Source of the DNA: a virus
Length of the DNA: 64,000 bases
Reading direction: 5' to 3' (one strand)
IMG/VR virus record: IMGVR_UViG_3300022748_000017
Coordinates: 1-64,000 of that record
The translations under genes and the position numbers were made by a program. Shown here piece after piece: positions 57,226 to 64,000 of the stretch. The notes beneath the pieces were generated by a model. That model was not told where the DNA came from. It saw nothing but the letters and a program-made list of their open reading frames with translations, and did no database searches. Position 1 is the first letter of the stretch. The number at the start of each line of letters is the position of its first letter.

Positions 57226-58242
57226 TTAGGCAGCAGAAGCACGGACACCAGCGAATGGGTTGCGAACGGAACTAACCATACGCTTTTCAGCAAACATGGT
57301 CACAAAACCGGGCGCTGTCTGTTCCATCATTTGAATGGTCATTTCTTCAATGTCCACAATTGACAGGAATTGCTCCCAATTTGCCAGATAGATCGGGAAA
57401 GCATCGGACAAATAAGCGTTGGCAATTACAGGCCAGCCAAAGATGTTACCCACAGCAGAACCATCAGATTCGCCGATTTCAAGGAACAATGGCAAACCTT
57501 GGCTGTCTTTCAACTGGCGCAAAGTTTGAATCATTGTAGGACTCATATGCCAAGCAGTACCAGGCAAAGACCAGTATTGCGGTGGCAATGCGTTAGCAAG
57601 ATTGGTGATCTTGTTGTACGTTGGTGTTGTGCCGCCAAACGACACGGTTGCAATATCATGGATGCCATCGGTAATAGCTGTACCGCTAGTACCATATGCG
57701 CTCACGCTTGCGCTACCGTAAGAATCAAGGCCACGCAAACCGTCAGTGCCGCCTGTGCTGGTGGTGGTAGAACCCGATTGGTCATCGTTGGTTGCCATAG
57801 AAGCAGCTTCCAAACTCATGAATTCCAAAAACAAGTCTTTGACCAGAGTTTCTTCCAAGCCGTTTACATCCGACAGAACCGCTGTACGGATAGGCAATTG
57901 TGCGGTGATAACTCGCGTTGGCAATTGCCAAATGCTTGTATCAGTATCTGGTGAACCAGTGTTAGGGGTAAATGTGTAGCCCCAAGGATTTGTGCTGTTG
58001 GCAGCGTTACCAGTCTTGGCAACAAATTGCACATCAGAACCAGATTCCATAATCTGTCGTGCGCCAAGACGGAAGGGGTTGCCCTTACGCAATGCAGCAA
58101 ATGAGTCATCAAAGAAGACTCGACCACCGACATCCGACCCAGAACCAGTCAGAGCAGAGGCTTCTGCCAAATTGATATTGACTTTGCCGCCCTCGGCAAT
58201 GGCTTTTTTGATTCCGTCTAGGATTTTTTCGGTGAGTTTCAT
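57226..58242 (-). CDS. Second HK97-fold capsid protein (unit B)
   Basis: Homolog of 17262-18278, same length (338 aa). Confidence 0.85.
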   Translation of the reverse strand: MKLTEKILDGIKKAIAEGGKVNINLAEASALTGSGSDVGGRVFFDDSFAALRKGNPFRLGARQIMESGSDVQFVAKTGNAANSTNPWGYTFTPNTGSPDTDTSIWQLPTRVITAQLPIRTAVLSDVNGLEETLVKDLFLEFMSLEAASMATNDDQSGSTTTSTGGTDGLRGLDSYGSASVSAYGTSGTAITDGIHDIATVSFGGTTPTYNKITNLANALPPQYWSLPGTAWHMSPTMIQTLRQLKDSQGLPLFLEIGESDGSAVGNIFGWPVIANAYLSDAFPIYLANWEQFLSIVDIEEMTIQMMEQTAPGFVTMFAEKRMVSSVRNPFAGVRASAA

Positions 58243-58261
58243 GGGTTTTCCTTATTGCTTG

Positions 58262-58289
58262 AAAAAAGGCAGGGGCCGTAGCCCCCGCC
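58262..58289 (-). terminator. Intrinsic terminator between capsid paralogs (unit B)
   Basis: GGCGGGGGC-TACG-GCCCCTGCC followed by TTTTTT. Confidence 0.8.
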
Positions 58290-58301
58290 AATGGCAACGC
58301 A

Positions 58302-59639
58302 TTAGGTCGCAGTGCCTGTGGAGCGATAACGCACCAAGCTGAAGGGATCGCGCACCGAGTTGCAAACACGCTTCTCGCCATAGAAATTGATATATCCTGG
58401 CTGTGTTTGATCGTAGCGGCGCAGAACCATGTTCAGACGATCCACAATGGTGTGGGCCTTCTGCCAGTCACCAAAGTACATTGGGTACAGGCTGTTAGTG
58501 CCAGCGGAACCTGTGGTGGCTTGGCTGGGGTTATCAAGGTACTTGTTAACCACAACGTCAAAGCCCAACAGGCGACCAACGATACCGTCAGTCTCACCGG
58601 GGTGCATACGCTCAAACACTGGAGTGCCGTTGTCGTCCTTGAGGCCACGAATCTGCGACAGCAGAACGGGGTTAATCATGAACTTAGCGCTAGTGGTCCA
58701 GTACTGTTGCGGCAGGGCGTAAACCATGTTCACAACATCTTGGTAAGTGATGTTTGCAGCGCCCACGGTGTTAGCGTTGGTGGTGATCTGGTCATAAGTC
58801 GCCAGCGAATGCAGACCGCTTGTAGAGCCAGTACCAGAAGTGCCGTAAGCAGCAGTGGAGGTAGTGCCTCCAGTGTAGGTGGCATTAGCGCCAGCGTACT
58901 GATCCAGACCGCGCAGACCATCAGTGCCGCCGTAGCCGCCAGAAGTCTGGTCATCGTTTTGGATCATCGACTGGGCTTCCAGTTGGGCGAATTCCAACAG
59001 CATATCGGAAACCACGTTTGCTTCCAGACCATCAATGTCATCCAGAGCCGCAGTACGGATCGGGAATTGGCAGTTCATGTCCTTCAGAACGATTTGCCAG
59101 ATGTTGGTGTTTTCAGTAGTAGCCGAACCGTTGTTCTGGATGGCATAACCGAAAGCAGCGCCAGCGTTGCCCGTTTTGGCACGCCACTGATAGCTAGAGC
59201 CATCTGTAGCAACGATGCGGCTAATGTCGCGCAGGGGGTTAGCCAAACGCAGAGCCACAAACACGGGGTCATAAGCTGTACGACCACCCTTACCATCACC
59301 GCCAGCAGTCAGAGCCGAGGCTTCTTTCAGGTATGCGGCATACTGGTCTTCGCTTTCAAACAGCTTGATCTCTTTTTCAATCGAGCGAGTTTGTTTAGCA
59401 AAGTCAGCCAGTTGCTCTTTAACCATACGGTTAACGTCTTGGGTGACAGACTTGGCAGTCTCACGGATCACAGCGGGGGCTTGCACAGCAGCCACTTTTG
59501 CTTCCAGAGCAGCAACCATTTCCGACATTTCAGCTTTCACAGCTTCCACAGCGGCGGGGATAGCGGCCTCAACCGCTTGGATTTTCTCAGCTTGGGTAGC
59601 TTCGATGGCATCCAGTTTTTCAATGATTTCTTTAGACAT
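58302..59639 (-). CDS. Major capsid protein (unit B)
   Basis: Homolog of 18332-19681. Confidence 0.92.
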   Translation of the reverse strand: MSKEIIEKLDAIEATQAEKIQAVEAAIPAAVEAVKAEMSEMVAALEAKVAAVQAPAVIRETAKSVTQDVNRMVKEQLADFAKQTRSIEKEIKLFESEDQYAAYLKEASALTAGGDGKGGRTAYDPVFVALRLANPLRDISRIVATDGSSYQWRAKTGNAGAAFGYAIQNNGSATTENTNIWQIVLKDMNCQFPIRTAALDDIDGLEANVVSDMLLEFAQLEAQSMIQNDDQTSGGYGGTDGLRGLDQYAGANATYTGGTTSTAAYGTSGTGSTSGLHSLATYDQITTNANTVGAANITYQDVVNMVYALPQQYWTTSAKFMINPVLLSQIRGLKDDNGTPVFERMHPGETDGIVGRLLGFDVVVNKYLDNPSQATTGSAGTNSLYPMYFGDWQKAHTIVDRLNMVLRRYDQTQPGYINFYGEKRVCNSVRDPFSLVRYRSTGTAT

Positions 59640-59641
59640 GA

Positions 59642-60436
59642 TTAGCCTTTCAAGCGTTTGTCTAGGAGTTTAAGAAGTTCACGTTGCTCAAGGGCAGCGA
59701 GAATTTCCGCTTCGGTTGCCTCCGCATCAGAATCACTCTGAATTGGCGCAGTTTCAGTCAGTTCTTTGGCAGCGTCACGCTGTTCAATCACTGACTTGAA
59801 CACGGATGCGGCGGCAACCGCTTCCGACTTGGACAACCCTGCATCCCGCAAAGCCGATTCCAAAACTTTCAAGTCCGCAGAACCATCAGGTCGGAAATAC
59901 TCCAACTTGCTGACTTCTGCTTTTGTGTTGTTTGGATGGATAACCACGCTCACCTCAGACAAGCCGCCTTTGGTGATTTGGAAATAGCCTTCATCGTAGT
60001 AATCGGAAGAACCCGCTGGCATTTGCTCACCGTTTTCCTTGACCCACTGATATTCTTCAGCATAAGCGCCAACAGAAACACCACCAAACATCATCGGCGA
60101 TTCTTTCATTACGGCGTAAAGGTCTTTGCCTTGCTGGGTGTTCATGTAAATGCGTCCAGCGGCATTCATACCGCTTTCGGTCATTTCAAAATCAGTCCAT
60201 TCGCCAACAGGAATGTTGTTGCTTTCATGGTTCACAAACATGGGAAGTGGGCGACCATTAGAAGCAAATTCCTTTGCCCAATCCATAAAGCCTTCTGGCT
60301 TATAGAAGAAACGGCGACCATCAGCGCCTTCCCGAGCGCCCCAAGTCGTTACCGTTGCCTCAATCATGCCGCATTCGTTTCCGGCCTTTTCGGTTACCAG
60401 TTTTGCTTCGCAAACCAGCGTCAAGTGTTTGGTCAT
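59642..60436 (-). CDS. Prohead protease (unit B)
   Basis: Homolog of 19684-20481. Confidence 0.9.
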   Translation of the reverse strand: MTKHLTLVCEAKLVTEKAGNECGMIEATVTTWGAREGADGRRFFYKPEGFMDWAKEFASNGRPLPMFVNHESNNIPVGEWTDFEMTESGMNAAGRIYMNTQQGKDLYAVMKESPMMFGGVSVGAYAEEYQWVKENGEQMPAGSSDYYDEGYFQITKGGLSEVSVVIHPNNTKAEVSKLEYFRPDGSADLKVLESALRDAGLSKSEAVAAASVFKSVIEQRDAAKELTETAPIQSDSDAEATEAEILAALEQRELLKLLDKRLKG

Positions 60437-60566
60437 GGATAACCTCTACAGTTTTAGTCAGGTCTATATCGTGTATTTTAGGTGGCCTGCCGCGCTTTTT
60501 AGGCGGCTCACCATTTGGCGTATATGTTGCCAAAGATGCTACCACTATTTTGAAAATCAGTGACAC
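60360..60566 (-). CDS. Small ORF with AT-hook-like KKRGRPPK (uncertain)
   Basis: Positional homolog of 20399-20614. Confidence 0.35.
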   Translation of the reverse strand: MSLIFKIVVASLATYTPNGEPPKKRGRPPKIHDIDLTKTVEVIHDQTLDAGLRSKTGNRKGRKRMRHD

Positions 60567-60568
60567 TT

Positions 60569-61981
60569 TTATTTGCCAATGTTCATTTTGCTCTTTTGGT
60601 TGCCGCCTCCACCCCCAGTATCTTGGGGGCTAGAGCCTGGAATCGGCTCTTGTTTCTTGTCTTTTTGGGTCAATTCATCACCGCCTTCAATTTCTGGCAA
60701 ACCCAGATATTGACGCGCTTCATTGGGGGTCATAATCCCCGCCGACACACCAGCACTGGAAAAGTTCATCTGATCCAATGGTGCGCCTTTTAGGAAATTG
60801 CGGGTATCAAACTCAACATACAAATTTGGATAACCAGCGAAAAGATGTTGCTTCAACTTCTGTTGGACGTTGACCAAAAGCGGGTACATGGTGGATTTGT
60901 AGAACTCATCCAACATGGTTTGGGTGTTGTTGTATTTCTGATCTGCCACACCAATCATTGCAGGTGGCACACCAAACACACCACACAAACGCTTCATGGT
61001 TTGTAGCTTCAAAGCTGCGGCATCGGCATCTTGCAGGTTCAGCATCTTGATTGGCTCATAAGTCATGCCGCTATCAAGCAACATACCTTGACCAGCTTTA
61101 GACGGGTCGCTGTCTTTGCTACCCGTCATTTGATTCCACGCTTCTTTCAGACGGGCAGCAATTTCCTTGTACTTGCCATCGGGAATGATGGCTTCAGTAC
61201 GGAAAAGGCCAGATGGTTTAGCGCCATTCTGCATGATGTAGTTGGCATACAGGTCAATATCTTGGTCAAGGCCAACCAATTCCGCCGCCAAAATACCTTT
61301 GTTGAAACCTGCCGAACCCTGCCAAGCCTGGTCAGTAACGTGCATGATTTGATAATAGGGAATCTGGTTCCCATCATTGAAACCATAGTAGTTTTGCGCT
61401 CCAACTGGCGTGCTAAGACGGTATGTTGGATAACGAGTAGGCGTAACCGTAGGCGCAATCAGCGTGCTATCCAACACATACATTTCTAGCGGTGTCTGTG
61501 TGCTGTTTTCCTTGTCTTTGCGCCACCACAACGTGAACGCCTCGCCCGACAGTTCGTGCCACATCAGCCATTGATACCAGAATTCGTATTGGCTTTGAAA
61601 ATTGTTTGGATTGCTCAACAAACTCAGCACAGACTTGGCTTTGGCTTTATCGCGGGGGCCAACTTTATCGGATCGCACAGCATCCACAAATGTGCCGTTA
61701 TCGTCTTGGTACATAACTCGGATTGGCAACTGGGCCAATGACCGAGCCTTAACTCCAACGCAAGCCATGACAGTGCTATTACGGGAAAGCACCGACATAT
61801 CAACGGGCCGACCAGCATTAGTGGTACTTGCCGTGGTGACATAAAGGATTTGCTGGGCAACTTGTGGGCCTTTTTGACCTGCCGCCCAAAGGACGTTGTT
61901 ACCAAGGGCAGTTTGACCAAAAAGCGTGTTGCTTTCGGACTTTTTTGGGTCTTTGCGCTTGAAAATGTCAAGAATTGCCAT
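60569..61981 (-). CDS. Portal protein (unit B)
   Basis: Homolog of 20621-22018; GAGG RBS before MAILDIF. Confidence 0.95.
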   Translation of the reverse strand: MAILDIFKRKDPKKSESNTLFGQTALGNNVLWAAGQKGPQVAQQILYVTTASTTNAGRPVDMSVLSRNSTVMACVGVKARSLAQLPIRVMYQDDNGTFVDAVRSDKVGPRDKAKAKSVLSLLSNPNNFQSQYEFWYQWLMWHELSGEAFTLWWRKDKENSTQTPLEMYVLDSTLIAPTVTPTRYPTYRLSTPVGAQNYYGFNDGNQIPYYQIMHVTDQAWQGSAGFNKGILAAELVGLDQDIDLYANYIMQNGAKPSGLFRTEAIIPDGKYKEIAARLKEAWNQMTGSKDSDPSKAGQGMLLDSGMTYEPIKMLNLQDADAAALKLQTMKRLCGVFGVPPAMIGVADQKYNNTQTMLDEFYKSTMYPLLVNVQQKLKQHLFAGYPNLYVEFDTRNFLKGAPLDQMNFSSAGVSAGIMTPNEARQYLGLPEIEGGDELTQKDKKQEPIPGSSPQDTGGGGGNQKSKMNIGK

Positions 61982-61988
61982 GTTTGCC

Positions 61989-63653
61989 TCAGAAAGTGCG
62001 GAATCCAAAACCGCTTACAGCGGGATTATCCAAGGAACAGTGCATAGCAATAATCATTGCAATGATCCCGTCCACCTTGGCGCTTTTATCGGCCTCATTC
62101 TTGCGAATCTTGATGTTTCCGTTCACATCCTCATAAACTTCGCAGTTTCCGAGTTGCCAACCCACAAAAGCGTTTCCATTATGCCTTATTTGATAATTCA
62201 TCAACAATTTTTCAACGTGCTTGCTGGGATTGGACAAAACCGCCATACCTTGGCCCACTTTTTTGACGGGCAAGCCGTTATCCACCAATCGAGCAACTAG
62301 GCTGGCAGCGTTGTACGCATCAAATCCGATTTCTTTCACATCGTACTTTTGGCATTGCTGGACAATGTAATCGCTGATTTCTCGGTCATCCATGACGTTG
62401 CCTTCGGTAACGTGAAGGATTCCAGATTGCCGCGCAACCCTAAATATGTCCCCGTAATGTTTAGGAATGAGATTAAAGCCATCCTCTGGCAAAAAGAACT
62501 TGAATTCGGCTTCGTAGTCATCTTCTGCATATCTTTTCAGCGTACAAACAGCGTTCAAATCTCGCGTTGCCGCCAAGTCAAACCCAATAAATACCGCTTC
62601 TGGTTCACGTTGTTCCACCCTAATTAGGGTGCGAGGATCGTCCCAATATGCTCTATCAATCCAAGCACTATTGGCGCTGACATAGATATTTAGGGTTTTG
62701 CACAAGAATTCGTTTAGGGCCGCTGGTTTGTGTTTGGCTTCCTCTGCCCGTTGTGCAATAGCTTCTTCAAAAACGGTAATCCCGTGCATCGGATTGGCTT
62801 TTGCCCATGTCTTAGGATCACGCCAATCATCCGCAGGGTCTAGGCTATACAGCAATCCAAACCACCTTGGGTTGTCCTCAGCCTCGCCAGAAAGCATAGC
62901 TTCCAGCATCATCATGTCTTCGTAGAACTTGGTTTCCTTGGTAAAGCTGGCAGTCGTAATGTAAATCCTTAGCGGATTCTTACGAGCAACCATACCCGAG
63001 TGCAAAACCTCAATACTGTTCCGGTCAACGATCTGGGCTGCTTCGTCAATGATGGCACAAGACGGGTTCAAACCGTCGCCAGTCTTTTTGGTGTCCCGGC
63101 TCAAAGCCTTGAACATACTTTGGCTGTCGCCAGTCTTGGTGATCTGCTTTTTAACTACGCTGTACATAGAAGCAACATCACCAGGCATAGCTTCCACAAA
63201 ACCAGTGGATGCCGTGAAAACAATGTTGGCTTGGTCGCGAGTGGTCGCCAGGCAATAGACTTCAGAGCCAGCCTCACCAAAAGCTAACTCATAAAGGGCA
63301 ATTGCCGCAGTCAGGGTAGATTTACCAGCTTTGCGAGGGATGTAAACAATCACATCCGTAACCATCCGTTGGCTCGTATCCTTTTTGGATCGGAACCCAT
63401 AAATGGCGCAAATTAGGAAAATCTGGAAAGGCTGAAGGGTTAGTTGCTTTCCAGCGTCTGGGCCTTTGGTATTGTGAAGCGTTCCAACAAAATCAAGGAA
63501 ATGCTGCACATACCGGACATGGAATTCCCACGCCCATTCCCTATTTTCTAGTTGATTTAGGAAACGCTGACAGGCCAACCGAATGTTTCGGCAAACCTGA
63601 ATCTCACCTCGGACAACCTGTACAGCATAAAGAATCCCGTCTTCGTATATCAT
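61989..63653 (-). CDS. terL: Terminase large subunit (unit B)
   Basis: PRKAGKS, IDEA, KANP, KVDG. Confidence 0.95.
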   Translation of the reverse strand: MIYEDGILYAVQVVRGEIQVCRNIRLACQRFLNQLENREWAWEFHVRYVQHFLDFVGTLHNTKGPDAGKQLTLQPFQIFLICAIYGFRSKKDTSQRMVTDVIVYIPRKAGKSTLTAAIALYELAFGEAGSEVYCLATTRDQANIVFTASTGFVEAMPGDVASMYSVVKKQITKTGDSQSMFKALSRDTKKTGDGLNPSCAIIDEAAQIVDRNSIEVLHSGMVARKNPLRIYITTASFTKETKFYEDMMMLEAMLSGEAEDNPRWFGLLYSLDPADDWRDPKTWAKANPMHGITVFEEAIAQRAEEAKHKPAALNEFLCKTLNIYVSANSAWIDRAYWDDPRTLIRVEQREPEAVFIGFDLAATRDLNAVCTLKRYAEDDYEAEFKFFLPEDGFNLIPKHYGDIFRVARQSGILHVTEGNVMDDREISDYIVQQCQKYDVKEIGFDAYNAASLVARLVDNGLPVKKVGQGMAVLSNPSKHVEKLLMNYQIRHNGNAFVGWQLGNCEVYEDVNGNIKIRKNEADKSAKVDGIIAMIIAMHCSLDNPAVSGFGFRTF

Positions 63654-64000
63654 GGCCCACCAAGTAATTTGGCGTATTTACCCGCCTCTGTCTTATTTTG
63701 TGCAAGCCGACCTTTTGGAGTCAGCCCAAGTTCATTCATTAGGACAACCGCCCGTGTAAGCGCCCTATCCCCAGCAGTCAGGTATGGATGTGGTCCAACC
63801 GTCTTGCCGCCGTTGAATTCGGTAATGATGCCTTCTTCCTGAACACCCTTCCAGCATCGGACGTAAATCTCAATCTGAGTCGCTAGTGCTGCAAGAACGT
63901 GCTTATCTTGGTCACTTCCAATGCTGTAGGTTTCCCATAGAAAATCAGAAGTTTCCTGAATGAATTTGGTTCTATCCCAAGATTCTGGGTTATCCAGCCA
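63650..64000 (-). CDS. terS: Terminase small subunit, 5' end outside the window
   Basis: Open frame ...GPHPYL...ELGLTPKGR...; TGA overlaps the terL ATG. Confidence 0.75.
   Translation of the reverse strand, partial: WLDNPESWDRTKFIQETSDFLWETYSIGSDQDKHVLAALATQIEIYVRCWKGVQEEGIITEFNGGKTVGPHPYLTAGDRALTRAVVLMNELGLTPKGRLAQNKTEAGKYAKLLGGP

Larger units (their letters stand above)
39350..64000. mobile_element. Phage genome unit B (related phage, partial: glycosyltransferase to terS)
   Basis: Same gene order as 1-24071 with homologous but diverged proteins. Confidence 0.9.

Noticed and set aside
1-64000. Recent tandem duplication of one genome, or long terminal repeats
   Set aside because: Head, terminase and tape measure genes are far too diverged, and gene content and order differ.

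Overview
The window is entirely tailed-phage DNA (HK97-type head, lambda-like long tail). It holds two related but distinct genomes head-to-tail. Unit A (1-39349) looks complete and circularly permuted. It carries a glycosyltransferase, a collagen/Gly-rich fibre module, tail, head with TWO capsid-protein paralogs, terminase, C5 methyltransferase, packaging HNH, a compositionally distinct small-gene island with DnaA boxes, nin-like, replication and recombination genes, and a holin/SAR-endolysin/Rz-Rz1 cassette. No integrase or repressor is recognisable. Unit B (39350-64000, truncated in terS) repeats the gene order with mosaic similarity: near-identical in the GT, fibre base and tail-tip C-terminus, clearly diverged in tape measure, head and terminase. 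Bases 1-127 equal 39350-39476 exactly, which suggests a k=127 assembly join of two co-occurring phages. The two units still act as a natural comparative pair. Main leads: (1) a conserved dual-capsid system with a shared putative maturation site and an intervening terminator; (2) a split methyltransferase encoded by two almost fully overlapping frames; (3) a collagen-fibre, Gly-rich adhesin, cupin and GT2-TPR module suggesting phage-encoded fibre glycosylation with swappable tips; (4) a promoter-bounded two-hairpin RNA with 7-nt complementary loops upstream of the replication genes; (5) a phased DnaA-box cluster and GGCGGC array flanking a putative first-injected island. All functional calls come from motif recognition and synteny by eye; no database searches were run.
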